Counted from the first letter of the stretch, positions 8,513 to 18,366 are shown. The stretch is 64,000 nt of DNA from a candidate division FCPU426 bacterium (GCA_040756875.1 JBFLYH010000003.1:160001-224000); one strand, 5' to 3'. Program-made: numbers and translations. The notes: a model not told the origin generated them from the sequence alone.

Positions 8513-10579
8513 ATGCGACAAGGGGCAAGGTTGGCTGTGCTGGTGTTTTTAGGAAGCCTGGTGTCCGGCATGGCCTGGGCGGCAACGACGGATTATTTCG
8601 TCATCACGGTGAAAACCGACAATGCCGGGAGCTCGGCGTCGAACGCCTTCACCATTCCCACCACGGGCGCAGGATACAGCTACGACGTGGACCTGCAAGG
8701 GCTGAATGCCTGGGAGTACATTGGCATCGCGGGCAACACGACCTGTGTTTACGCCGCGCCGGGAACGTACACCCTCCGCATCCGGGGGACCTTTCCGAGG
8801 ATCTACTTCAACAACACGGGTGACATCTTGAAGATCCTCTCCATCGACCAATGGGGCACGGGCGCCTGGGCCTCCATGGGCCACGCGTTTCATGGCTGCG
8901 CCAACCTGACGGGCCAGGCCGCGGATGCGCCCAATCTGGCCGCGGTCACGGACCTGAGCTACATGTTTGCCGGCGGATCGCTGTATTTCGGCACGACCGT
9001 GAACGCCAACACCTTCGACCAAGCCATCGGAAACTGGAACACGGCCAATGTCACCACCATGGAGGCCATGTTCAAGAACGCCAAGTTCAACCAGCCCATC
9101 GGAACCTGGAACACCGCGCAGGTCGCTAACATGTCGAGCATGTTCATGAACGCCCTGGCTTTCAACCAGGACCTTAATGCCTGGGATACGGGCAGCGTGA
9201 CGAACATGAACAACATGTTCAAGTACGCCGTCGCCTTCAACGGGCCGATCGGGAGCTGGGACACGTCCAGCGTGACGACGCTATTCGGCATGTTTTACCA
9301 GGCGGGCGCGTTCAACCAGAACATCAACGCCTGGGACATGTCCCACGTGACCACCACGCTCCAAATGTTCTATCAAGCCGCGGCGTTCAACCAACCCCTC
9401 GGAAGCTGGCAAACCGGGAACATGACCTCGATGGCGAGCATGTTTAACGGCGCGCGTGCGTTCAACCAGGACATCAGCGGCTGGAACACGGGCCAGGTGA
9501 CCACCATGTCCGGCATGTTCTCCTATGCGGATGCCTTCAACCAGGACATCAGCGCATGGGACGTGTCCCATGTGGCGGACATGAGCGACATGTTTCTCAG
9601 CGCCGACACCTTCAATCAACCGCTGGCCGGGTGGAACACGAGCGCGGTGACCGACATGGGCAATATGTTCAGGAGCGCCGTGGCGTTCAATCAGCCCATC
9701 GGCGCCTGGAACATTGGCGCGGTGACCGACATGAGCTATATGTTCATGGGCGCCACGGCGTTCAACCAGCCGCTCAGCACGTGGGACACCGGCGCGGTGA
9801 CCGACATGAACGGTATGTTTTTCAGTGCCACGGCTTTCAACCAGTCCCTCAGCGCCTGGGACACGTCGGCCGTGACGACCATGGCGTACATGTTCCAGGC
9901 CGCGTCTTCCTTCAACCAGGACCTCAGCGCCTGGAACACGGGGAGCGTGAACACCATGACCGCCATGTTTGCCAACGCCGCGGCCTTCGACCAGGACCTC
10001 GGCGGCTGGGATATCACGTCGCTGCTTACGGCCGGCTCCATGTTCGCCGGCCATGCCCTTTCGCTGGCTAATTACGAAGCGCTGTTGAACGGCTGGGGCG
10101 TGCAGAACGTCCACAGCAATGTGGTCTTTGACGGCGGGAACAGCCAATATACCAGCTTCGAGGCCACCACTCGCCGCAATGCCCTGATCGTGAACAAGAA
10201 CTGGACCATCACGGACGGCGGCGTCTATGCCACGCCTACGCCGACGCCCACCATTACCCCGACGATCGCCGCCACGCCGGCCCCCACGCCGCGCAACCCC
10301 CTGGAGGACGTGGACCTGACCGGCAGGCTGTTCCTGGTGTATCCCAATCCCGGCCGCGACCAAATAAAGTTTCTGGTCAATCCCGAGCACCCAGCGGCCG
10401 TGAAGGTCGTGCTGTTCAACCTGGGTGGTGAGCGGGTGTCCGAGGTGGAGGATTCCGTGCCCGCCGGAAAGAGCGCCGTGGCCTGGGATTGCCGCCAGGT
10501 TGCGTCCGGCTTCTACCTGGCGCGGCTCTTCCTGGATGGCCGGGAAATCGGCACGGCCAAGGTGGCGGTGGCGAGATAA
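8513..10579 (+). CDS. Secreted DUF285/BspA-like (25-residue repeat) surface protein with T9SS-like C-terminal domain
   Basis: Signal peptide; 14 repeats of FNQxLxxWxTxxVTxMxxMFxxAxx; TP linker; YPNPGRD...WDC...GFYL...KVAVAR tail. Confidence 0.88.
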   Translation: MRQGARLAVLVFLGSLVSGMAWAATTDYFVITVKTDNAGSSASNAFTIPTTGAGYSYDVDLQGLNAWEYIGIAGNTTCVYAAPGTYTLRIRGTFPRIYFNNTGDILKILSIDQWGTGAWASMGHAFHGCANLTGQAADAPNLAAVTDLSYMFAGGSLYFGTTVNANTFDQAIGNWNTANVTTMEAMFKNAKFNQPIGTWNTAQVANMSSMFMNALAFNQDLNAWDTGSVTNMNNMFKYAVAFNGPIGSWDTSSVTTLFGMFYQAGAFNQNINAWDMSHVTTTLQMFYQAAAFNQPLGSWQTGNMTSMASMFNGARAFNQDISGWNTGQVTTMSGMFSYADAFNQDISAWDVSHVADMSDMFLSADTFNQPLAGWNTSAVTDMGNMFRSAVAFNQPIGAWNIGAVTDMSYMFMGATAFNQPLSTWDTGAVTDMNGMFFSATAFNQSLSAWDTSAVTTMAYMFQAASSFNQDLSAWNTGSVNTMTAMFANAAAFDQDLGGWDITSLLTAGSMFAGHALSLANYEALLNGWGVQNVHSNVVFDGGNSQYTSFEATTRRNALIVNKNWTITDGGVYATPTPTPTITPTIAATPAPTPRNPLEDVDLTGRLFLVYPNPGRDQIKFLVNPEHPAAVKVVLFNLGGERVSEVEDSVPAGKSAVAWDCRQVASGFYLARLFLDGREIGTAKVAVAR

Positions 10580-10645
10580 GCACGTCCGAAACCAAGAAGG
10601 TTTAGGGCTTTGTTCGTCGGATTTCCTGGTTGGGATAGAAAAGTC

Positions 10646-10753
10646 TCACCACGAAGGCACGAAGATTGACGCGAAGCACACGAAGTGGCATCAGGGTTAA
10701 AATCTTATCCCCAGCCCCTGTTCTCCTTCATGCGCTCCGCGGCTTTGGGGTGA
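10646..10753. repeat. CACGAAG-unit palindromic repeat (degenerate right arm)
   Basis: TCACCACGAAGGCACGAAGATTGACGCGAAG...AGGGTTAAA...GGCTTTGGGGTGA. Confidence 0.8.
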
Positions 10754-10933
10754 ACAGGTTGGACAGTGTTTTTTCTCAAATAACAGGTGCTTTTGCGGCA
10801 ATCCCACTATACAATCCAGTTGATTCCTGGGCGAACCCCGCCTTGCCCCGCTGTTTATTGCCCTTCCTTGCGTCGCTTCCCTGCCTGGGATAACGCGCGC
10901 CAGCCCTCAGCTGGCGCCCTGCGCGGGGGGATC

Positions 10934-12625
10934 ATGATCAAAAGCATGCGCATCGGGTTCGCGGCTTTGGCCGGCATCCTGCTGGCAGCTTCACTGGCAC
11001 AGGCAGACTGGGTCTCGGACAACGGCAGCCTGAATGTCAGCAACACCCTGACCGCGGAAACCGGTCCCAGTCTTTTCATCAACGGCAGTACGCCCTACGC
11101 GGCTTTCAGCGAGTACACCGGAGGAACGAGCAACCGGATTTTCGTCAAACACCTCAACGGCAGCTCCTGGATCCAGGACGGCGGGAGCGTGAACCTCAGC
11201 CCTGTCAACAACGCCAGCTCCCCCAGCCTCTGCTTTTCAGGCAGCACGCCTTACATCGCCTGGCAGGGGCTGAATTTGTCCTCTCCCCCGGCTCAGATCT
11301 ATGTCTCCTATTGGAACGGCCTCGGCTGGCAGCAGGAGGGCGGCAGCCTGAACCTGGACCCCACTAAAAACGTTTACGATCCCAACCTGGCGATCTACAG
11401 CAACACGCCCTGGGTGGCCTGGTATGAATACACCGTGACCATGGGCATCGGCCGGCTGTACGTGAAGCACTGGAACGGCATGGGCTGGCAGCAGGACGGC
11501 GGCTATCTGAATCTGGACCCGGGGATGGGGGCCACTGCGCCCAGCATAACGATTTACAACGGCACGCCCTATGTCGCGTGGGCCGAATATGCCTCGTCGC
11601 ATCCGCAGATCAACGTAAAAAGCTGGGGCGGCGCCAGCTGGTCGTCGCTGGGCTCGAGCTTGAACATCAACCCGGCCATGGATGCGGGAGGCCCTCAGGT
11701 GGGCGTTTACAACGGCACGCCCTACGTCGCGTGGCACGAGAACAGCATCACGTCCTTCACGCAGATCAACGTCAAGTACTGGACCGGAGGCGCCTGGGCG
11801 CCGACCGGCGGCAGCCTGAACGTCAGCGCCAGCCAGAACGCCTCGAACCCAAGCCTGTACCTCTACAACGGCGTTCCTTATGTCGCCTGGCAGGAATCCA
11901 ACGGAACAGCCGATCAGATCTACGTCAAATTGTGGAACGGCAGCGCCTGGGTGCAGGTGGGATCGAGCCTGAACGTGGACACCGGCCGGAACGCCATGTC
12001 AGCCAGCCTGTTTTTCAGCGGCGACAAGCCTTATGTGGCCTGGCGGGAGACCGATGCCTCGGGGTATAACCAGGTGTATGTGAAGCATTATGATTCCCCC
12101 ACCTTCACTCCTACCCGCACGCCCACCCCGACCCGGACAGCGACCCGCACGGCCTCGCCCACCAGCACCTCAACCCGCACCGCAACCTCCACGGCCACCA
12201 TCTCCCCCACCCCGACTTCCACGGCCACTTACGTGACGCCGACCTATACCGGCACCAGCACCATCACACCCACGTCGACTAAAACCCCGACCGCCACCTC
12301 CACGCCGGTTTCCACCAGCACACCGACCACGACCGCGACCAGCGCGGTCTCGGCCGTGGACCTGGCCGGCAGGGAAGTCATCGCCTATCCCAATCCCGCG
12401 CGCCAGAGCATGCGCTTTATCATGAACCTGACCCGGCCGGCGGCCGTGAAGGTCGAGATCTATAACTCGGCCGGCGAGCGCGTGGCCACCCTGGCTGACA
12501 CCCTCACTGGCCCGGGCGCCTACCTGACCTGGAATTGCGCGGACTGCGCGCCAGGCGCCTACCTCGCGCGGGTCTTCAAGAACAACGCCGAGCTCGTTAC
12601 GCTTAAAGTGGCGTTAGTGAAATAA
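10934..12625 (+). CDS. Secreted beta-propeller-like repeat protein with Thr/Pro linker and T9SS-like C-terminal domain
   Basis: Start moved to MIKSMR. Seven repeats of about 50 aa (WxxxGGSLN...PYVAWxE...IYVKxWNG); AYPNPAR...WNC...GAYL...KVALVK tail. Confidence 0.8.
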   Translation: MIKSMRIGFAALAGILLAASLAQADWVSDNGSLNVSNTLTAETGPSLFINGSTPYAAFSEYTGGTSNRIFVKHLNGSSWIQDGGSVNLSPVNNASSPSLCFSGSTPYIAWQGLNLSSPPAQIYVSYWNGLGWQQEGGSLNLDPTKNVYDPNLAIYSNTPWVAWYEYTVTMGIGRLYVKHWNGMGWQQDGGYLNLDPGMGATAPSITIYNGTPYVAWAEYASSHPQINVKSWGGASWSSLGSSLNINPAMDAGGPQVGVYNGTPYVAWHENSITSFTQINVKYWTGGAWAPTGGSLNVSASQNASNPSLYLYNGVPYVAWQESNGTADQIYVKLWNGSAWVQVGSSLNVDTGRNAMSASLFFSGDKPYVAWRETDASGYNQVYVKHYDSPTFTPTRTPTPTRTATRTASPTSTSTRTATSTATISPTPTSTATYVTPTYTGTSTITPTSTKTPTATSTPVSTSTPTTTATSAVSAVDLAGREVIAYPNPARQSMRFIMNLTRPAAVKVEIYNSAGERVATLADTLTGPGAYLTWNCADCAPGAYLARVFKNNAELVTLKVALVK

Positions 12626-12739
12626 AGGCGGAATTGCGCAGGGGGATGGTATCAATCTAAAAGATTGTCTAATGCGCGGTGAAATCTAGCCGCAGGCCTT
12701 TTTCTTCGTGCCCTTCGCGGCGAAGCGTTTTTTATCCGC

Positions 12740-13411
12740 TTACTGCCACTGGTCCACGGACATCAGTCTGACGCCTTCCTGCTGGTACTGTTTTAGCATT
12801 CCTTCCTTTTTCTCCACGGTGCCTGAAAGCAGCGCGTCCGCGAGCGCGGTCACGGTATAGCCGCGCTGGAGAGCGCCTTTGATGGTGCGGTCCACGCACT
12901 GGGAGGCATCCAGACCGGTCATGTACAAATGATTGACGTTCAGGCTCCGCAGGTAGGCGTCGAGCTCCGGGTTGCTGAAGGCGTCCATGACGTGCTTGAT
13001 GTACGTCGGGCCGGGCACTGCCTTGACGCGCGGGTCCAGGGCCGTGGGGGGCGTGCCGGCCTTGAGGAACTTTCCGCCCGTGAGAAAATTGGCGATTGGA
13101 TCAATGGTCTCCTGCCGGATATAAATCACCGGGATCTGGCGGGCCTGCGCCTTGTCGATCGCGGCATTGACCGCCTGGATGAACGCCCCGGATTGCCGCA
13201 CCATGTTCCGATTGAACTGGGGGGCCGACTGGCCGGTAATCCCTTCCTGGATATCGATCACCAGGAGCGCCGGCCGGTCTTCGGCCTCGCGGGTAATCGG
13301 CGCGCCGGTGGTCACGACGGCCATCCGGTGGAAGAAAAAGCCCATATAAACAAAAGCGAACAGAATGAACGCAACCACGGCCGAGACAATAATGAATATT
13401 AATTTTTTCAT
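12740..13411 (-). CDS. Isochorismatase-family cysteine hydrolase with N-terminal membrane anchor
   Basis: ALLVIDIQ, K in TYIKH, TGLDASQCVDRT (D-K-C triad); start moved to MKKLIF. Confidence 0.85.
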   Translation of the reverse strand: MKKLIFIIVSAVVAFILFAFVYMGFFFHRMAVVTTGAPITREAEDRPALLVIDIQEGITGQSAPQFNRNMVRQSGAFIQAVNAAIDKAQARQIPVIYIRQETIDPIANFLTGGKFLKAGTPPTALDPRVKAVPGPTYIKHVMDAFSNPELDAYLRSLNVNHLYMTGLDASQCVDRTIKGALQRGYTVTALADALLSGTVEKKEGMLKQYQQEGVRLMSVDQWQ

Positions 13412-13422
13412 GGCTGATCTCC

Positions 13423-15330
13423 TTATTGCACTTCCACGGCCAGTTCCGCGATCTGCGACTGGTGCTCTTGGCCGGGCGTGGGATAGGCCAGGTCGCGGGC
13501 CCGGCCGCAAACTTTATACGTCCCCGGCTCGGGAAAGCTCACGTAGTAGCGGACCGTGGAAACGCTGCTGCCGTACAGGTCGTGCCAGTACCCCAGCCCG
13601 GGCACGTATTCCCACTGCCCGTTGGCCCCCTGCTTCTCCACCCACCACCACATGGCTTTCAACCCGGCCCGCGCCCGGGCCTGGAGATCGAAACTCTGGT
13701 ATTTGCCCGCGGGAACCGGGGAGGAAGCGTAGGCCCAGGTCAGCTGGGCGGTCGGCACGACCGGCTGGTCGGCGGCCACGCGGGTGACGAACAGCAGGCG
13801 CGGGTGGCTGCGCTTGCCGGCTTTCATCTGGCTGATTTCGAACGCGTTTTGCCCCAGGGCCAGGTTGACCGTGGCAGTCCAGGTGGTCAGGGTGTTTCCC
13901 GAAGCGGCCAAACTGCCGTTGATGTAAACCGCGGCCTGGCTGTCTTTCGTGCCCCTGAGGGTCCACGTGGCCTGGTTGAGCGGGTCGCCGACCGGATCGA
14001 TGAACGGGATGGTCATCAGCGTCGCGCCGGCCGGCAGCGCGGCCGGGGCGACCAGGCTCGCAATCGAATCGTCCCGGTAAAACAGCTGCTCCATATAGGG
14101 GAGGCTGTCCGCCTGGCGCATGATGTCATGATCGTGGTCGATGGTGTCGCCGATTTGGACGGTCCAGTCCTCGTGCGTGGGCAGTTCGATCACCGGCGGG
14201 TGGTCCGTGAGTGCATGCGCGTATTCATGCAGCAGGGTTTTGACGATGTACGAGTCAAGCTGGAAGCCGAAATCCGGATGGAGCCCGTACTGCAGCACGC
14301 CGCTTTTATCCGCAGTGAATCCCACGTTGTTGTAGATGCCCGAAAAATCGACGCTGCCGCTGGAGCCGCCGCCGCTGCCCGAGGGCAGGTCCACCAGCAC
14401 TTGATAGGACGGCGGAGGCGTCCAGCCGAACAGTTCCAAAGCATCCCGGCGGATCTGCAGGGTATGGACCGGCTGGTAGTACCACGCGATTTTGATGATT
14501 GCCAGGTCCTGGGGAACGGCCGGATCCAGGGGCAGCAGGCTTGTGCCCTCCAGGTCGTGCGGAAGGCTGTTCCACCATTCGGAATAGGCGTGGATCGTGT
14601 TGCCGACAAAAGCGTTGTCGTCCGGAAACGCCCGCCGGCCTTGGTCGTCCACGGTCAGGGCCGCGTACCCCTTGGTGGCCTTGAGACAGGCGGCGGAAGC
14701 CTGGGCGTGCAGGGAGGCAATGTCCGCCTCGGTCTTCTGCCCCCCCAGATACCCGAGCCTCAAGGTCCGGGTAATGAGCGGCGCCTGGGTGTTGAAGACG
14801 ATAAGGCGATCCGGCGTGGGGTCCGTCAGGTTGAAATACTTGTAAGCGTAGTAAAACGCGGTCTCGCCGGCGGGCTTGTATTTCAATTCCAGCCTCATCA
14901 CCATCAGTTCCTGGACCATGGGATCGTCCGGCAGGGTGAATTTCCACCAGCGCCAGTTGTCCGGCGAATTGCTCACGTCCACCTGGGCATCGTCCGCCGC
15001 GGCGGGATCCACCCGGAAGCAGACGTGCCGGGTGATTATTTGCAGGTCACGGATCTTCTTGGAAAACAAAATAAAGCGGTTGCCCAAGACGCTCAGGTTC
15101 GTGGTGTTGACCGCCAGCAGGTATTCTTTGCCCACCACCAGGTTGGTCTGGGCCGGCTGGCCGTAGGTGGTCTCGTAAATATCGAACAGCTTCGAATTCA
15201 GGTCCGCATGGATCCGGTCCATGACCGCGTCCGCCGCCTGCGCCGTCCCGGCGGCCGCCAGCAGGACGGCCAGCGCCCCCAGCTTCAGCCAACGGCTGCC
15301 CCAGCTTGATAACCGGCATTCGTTCCGCAT
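13423..15330 (-). CDS. Secreted hypothetical protein with HExxH motif (possible zinc metallopeptidase) and Ig-like C-terminal domains
   Basis: Signal peptide ending AQA-AD; TLLHEYAH; GGAGG RBS before MRNECR. Confidence 0.55.
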   Translation of the reverse strand: MRNECRLSSWGSRWLKLGALAVLLAAAGTAQAADAVMDRIHADLNSKLFDIYETTYGQPAQTNLVVGKEYLLAVNTTNLSVLGNRFILFSKKIRDLQIITRHVCFRVDPAAADDAQVDVSNSPDNWRWWKFTLPDDPMVQELMVMRLELKYKPAGETAFYYAYKYFNLTDPTPDRLIVFNTQAPLITRTLRLGYLGGQKTEADIASLHAQASAACLKATKGYAALTVDDQGRRAFPDDNAFVGNTIHAYSEWWNSLPHDLEGTSLLPLDPAVPQDLAIIKIAWYYQPVHTLQIRRDALELFGWTPPPSYQVLVDLPSGSGGGSSGSVDFSGIYNNVGFTADKSGVLQYGLHPDFGFQLDSYIVKTLLHEYAHALTDHPPVIELPTHEDWTVQIGDTIDHDHDIMRQADSLPYMEQLFYRDDSIASLVAPAALPAGATLMTIPFIDPVGDPLNQATWTLRGTKDSQAAVYINGSLAASGNTLTTWTATVNLALGQNAFEISQMKAGKRSHPRLLFVTRVAADQPVVPTAQLTWAYASSPVPAGKYQSFDLQARARAGLKAMWWWVEKQGANGQWEYVPGLGYWHDLYGSSVSTVRYYVSFPEPGTYKVCGRARDLAYPTPGQEHQSQIAELAVEVQ

Positions 15331-15417
15331 GAGCCCCTCCGGACATGGAATGGCTTTCAGGCTCAAGCTTAGCATAGCTTCAGCCGCTGATCCATGCCTG
15401 TCATCTCATTTAAAACC

Positions 15418-15653
15418 TCACCACGAAGGCACGAAGATTGACGCGAAGGACACGAAGGGGGGCCAGGGTTAAAGCCTTTAAACCCAGAACCGCCTTTGGC
15501 TTTTCTTCGTGCTCTTCGCGGCTTCGTGGTGAGATCGAAAGTCTTTACCACGAAGGCACGAAGGCTGACACGAAGGACACGAAGGGAGGCCAGGGTTAAT
15601 ATCTTTAACCCCGGACCTTGCTTTTCTTCGTGCTCTTCGTGGCTTCGTGGTGA
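15418..15653. repeat. Tandem pair of CACGAAG-unit palindromic repeats
   Basis: Copies 15418-15532 and 15546-15653, each with terminal ACCACGAAG/CTTCGTGGT and an internal GGGTT..AACCC stem. Confidence 0.88.
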
Positions 15654-15718
15654 AGCCTTTTTGAGGGAGGAGTGCCTCGCAACGAGGCGCGGAGAAACAG
15701 CGGGTTGGTCTGCGGCTT

Positions 15719-16093
15719 TTATTCCTTGCGCAGGATCTCGGCGATCTGCTCGCCCAGCTCGTAGGGATCGAAGGGCTTGATGATGTAGTCGTCGGCCCCG
15801 ACTTTGAGGCCCTGTTCCGCGTCGCCCTTCTGGCCTTTGGCGGTCAGCATGACCACCGGCACGTTCTTCGTGCGGTCGTCGGCCTTGAGGCGCTCGCAGA
15901 CTTCGTAGCCGTTCATATCCGGCATCATGATGTCCAGCAGATAGAGCGACGGCACCACGCCCTTGCTCTTTTCCAGGGCTTCGAGCCCGGAAAACGCCTC
16001 GATGACCTCGTAGTTGGCCATCTCCAGCGAGATTTTCACGAGCTTGACGATATCCGGCTCGTCGTCCACCACCATAATCTTATGCTTGGCCAT
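15719..16093 (-). CDS. Single-domain response regulator (receiver)
   Basis: IMVVDDEP, LLDIMMPDMNG, MLTAK, YIIKPF. Confidence 0.93.
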   Translation of the reverse strand: MAKHKIMVVDDEPDIVKLVKISLEMANYEVIEAFSGLEALEKSKGVVPSLYLLDIMMPDMNGYEVCERLKADDRTKNVPVVMLTAKGQKGDAEQGLKVGADDYIIKPFDPYELGEQIAEILRKE

Positions 16094-16103
16094 CACGTCC
16101 TCC

Positions 16104-16475
16104 TTAACGCGTGATCCAGCGGTAATAGAAGCCCCCGCCGAGCAGGGACAGCAGGCCGCCGGCCAGAATCCCGGCCAGGGACCACGCGCGCCACTGGAGA
16201 ATGAATGCGCTCATCTGAGAAATCTCGTCCACGCTGACCAACTGCTCCATCTGGGGCAGCAGCACCACGTAAGCGAAGGAATGCATGCCCACGGACAGCA
16301 GCAGGAACAGCGATCCCGCCAGCGGCAGCAGCCAGACCGGCTTCTCGCGAATGACGCCGACCAGCCGCCTGAGCACGATACTATACCAGATCATGGACAG
16401 GGCCAACAGGACAAACCCGATCTCGTACGGCAGCGCTTCGCGCGGGTAATTTTGCACCACGGCCATCCAGTCCAT
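16104..16475 (-). CDS. Small membrane protein (about 3 TM)
   Basis: MDWMAVVQNYP..., three hydrophobic stretches, GGAGG RBS, coupled to the upstream gene. Confidence 0.65.
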   Translation of the reverse strand: MDWMAVVQNYPREALPYEIGFVLLALSMIWYSIVLRRLVGVIREKPVWLLPLAGSLFLLLSVGMHSFAYVVLLPQMEQLVSVDEISQMSAFILQWRAWSLAGILAGGLLSLLGGGFYYRWITR

Positions 16476-16831
16476 CACGCCACCTCCTTGGGCTGTGCGG
16501 ACCGCAGCACGCTCTGCAGCACGCTGGCAAAGCGCCCCACGCCCAGCAGGCAGAAAAAGCCGGACGCCAGCAGGGCGATGTAGGCCAGGAGCTGGGCGAA
16601 GGACGCCAGCTTGGGGTCGCTCAAAAGCGGCGTGGCCTTGAAAATGAGGAACAGGGTGTACACCAGCAGCCCGGTCGGGGCCAGGATCAGCAGCGTGCTG
16701 TACGTGGCGCGGTGGAAGACCTGGCTGTAGCGGTGCGCGATCAGCCCCACCAGCGCGTAGTTGATCCACAGGAGCAGGCTGCCGCCGATGGCCACCAGGT
16801 AGCTGGCGCCTTCCCACAGTTGTTCAGGCAT
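16475..16831 (-). CDS. Small membrane protein (about 3 TM)
   Basis: MPEQLWEGAS..., three hydrophobic stretches, GAGGTGG RBS. Confidence 0.65.
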   Translation of the reverse strand: MPEQLWEGASYLVAIGGSLLLWINYALVGLIAHRYSQVFHRATYSTLLILAPTGLLVYTLFLIFKATPLLSDPKLASFAQLLAYIALLASGFFCLLGVGRFASVLQSVLRSAQPKEVA

Positions 16832-16854
16832 GGGTTCCACCTCTTCCCTTCGCT

Positions 16855-17619
16855 TCAGCGCTTGGAGCCTTCCCACATCAGGCCGATCACGTGCTGGGCG
16901 CGGGTCGGGCCCACCAGCAGCGTGATGTTGCGTTCCAGCTCGTTGAGCAGCGCGATGAGTTCGCGCATGTGCATGCGGTTCTGGTCCAGCCGCAGTTTGC
17001 GGAACGCCTCCCGCACCAGGGCCTCGCCCAGGTTGCCGAGCTCGCGGGTGGCGATTTCGATGACTTTGGGGATGCGGAAGCGGATCTTGCGCACGATGCC
17101 CGCGGACAGCAGCCCGTAGAGCACCTGCAGGGCCCGGCCCTTGCGCAGCCCGCTCTTCTCGCGCACCATGGCCATGGAGTCTTCGCCGTTGACGCGGATC
17201 AGAAGGTTCCACTCGTCGCGCTGGAGCTGCAGGCGCACCCACTCGCGTTCGCCGGCCACGGGCGCCAGCTGCAGCACCACTTCCTCGCCGGGCAGGTACT
17301 CGGCCGCTTCCTCGGGCGGGATTTGCCGCGAGGACTCCATGATCAGGTTTTCGATGTCCTCGTCCTTGCCCTGGACGTGTTTGGCCGGGATGGTTTCCAG
17401 GTTTTGGAAATGGAAGAAGCCTTTTTTCAGCAGCAGCAGGCGCATCACTTCCTCGTGCAGCTGTTTGCCCGGCTTGCTGGTGCCGACCAGCTGGCCGTTC
17501 TGCAGGTAGATCTCGCCCTCGCCGTCCTCGCCGCGCACGCGCAGGCTTCCGGTCTGGTGGTAGATCGCGAGCAGCCGCAGCATGCCGCCGATGCTGACAT
17601 TGGTGACTTCGCCGAACAT
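16855..17619 (-). CDS. DUF4388 (PatA N-terminal-like) domain protein
   Basis: MFGEVTNVSIGGMLRLL...TGSLRV...GEIYLQNGQLV...GFFHF...IENLIME, followed by a winged-helix-like segment EWNLLIRVNG. Confidence 0.75.
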   Translation of the reverse strand: MFGEVTNVSIGGMLRLLAIYHQTGSLRVRGEDGEGEIYLQNGQLVGTSKPGKQLHEEVMRLLLLKKGFFHFQNLETIPAKHVQGKDEDIENLIMESSRQIPPEEAAEYLPGEEVVLQLAPVAGEREWVRLQLQRDEWNLLIRVNGEDSMAMVREKSGLRKGRALQVLYGLLSAGIVRKIRFRIPKVIEIATRELGNLGEALVREAFRKLRLDQNRMHMRELIALLNELERNITLLVGPTRAQHVIGLMWEGSKR

Positions 17620-17700
17620 GAGGTCCTTCCCCGGTGACTGTTTGCCTACGCAGAGAGTAACGGATGGAAAGCAGGGGGACTTGAGCGGGAAAAAACGGGA

Positions 17701-18306
17701 TTAACGCTGGGAATACAAGCGGAAACGCCGGATGTAGCGCAGCACGGCCTCGGGCAGCAGGTAGCGGGCGCCCGTTCCGGCGCGCAGGCCGGCGCGGATG
17801 AGCGTGGAAGACACGTCGAGTCCCGGAATGGGCACGAAGGTGCAGGCGCGGCGCAGGGCCGGCGGGAAGGTCCGCCGCACCTGGCGCTGCACCGCGGTCT
17901 TGGCCGCGCCGGGCCGGGAGATGATCACGAGGCGCGCGTAGCGGACCAGGCGCAGGGGCTCGTGCCAGGACGGCAGGTGCAGGCTCTGGTCCGCGCCCAG
18001 GATCAGGAAGCGCTCGGCCCGGGGCCAGCGGGCCGCGAGCCGTTCCAGGGTGTCCACGGTGTAGGAGACGCCCGGACGCCGGACCTCCCAGTCCAGGCAG
18101 CCGAAGCGGGGGTTGCCGGCCACGGCCAGCCGGGCCATGGCCAGGCGGTGCCTGGCCGCGGTCTGGGGGTGCGCACGGTGCGGCGGCCGGCCGGCCGGGA
18201 CGAACCAGACGCGGTCCAGCTCCAGGCGCACGGCCACTTCCTCGGCCGCGCGCAGGTGCCCGATGTGGATGGGATCGAACGTTCCGCCCAGCACCCCGAT
18301 GCGCAA
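17701..18306 (-). CDS. nadD: Nicotinate-nucleotide adenylyltransferase
   Basis: GGTFDPIHIGH, SYTVDTL, ILGAD, VSSTLIR. Confidence 0.96.
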   Translation of the reverse strand: MRIGVLGGTFDPIHIGHLRAAEEVAVRLELDRVWFVPAGRPPHRAHPQTAARHRLAMARLAVAGNPRFGCLDWEVRRPGVSYTVDTLERLAARWPRAERFLILGADQSLHLPSWHEPLRLVRYARLVIISRPGAAKTAVQRQVRRTFPPALRRACTFVPIPGLDVSSTLIRAGLRAGTGARYLLPEAVLRYIRRFRLYSQR

Positions 18307-18366
18307 GGGTTGATCCTTTCTGTTGGACGCGTCGGACCTGTCAGACAGGTCGGACCGGTCCGATGG

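Noticed and set aside
9010-10050. 75-bp periodicity as a non-coding array
   Set aside because: Fully explained by in-frame 25-aa DUF285 repeats.
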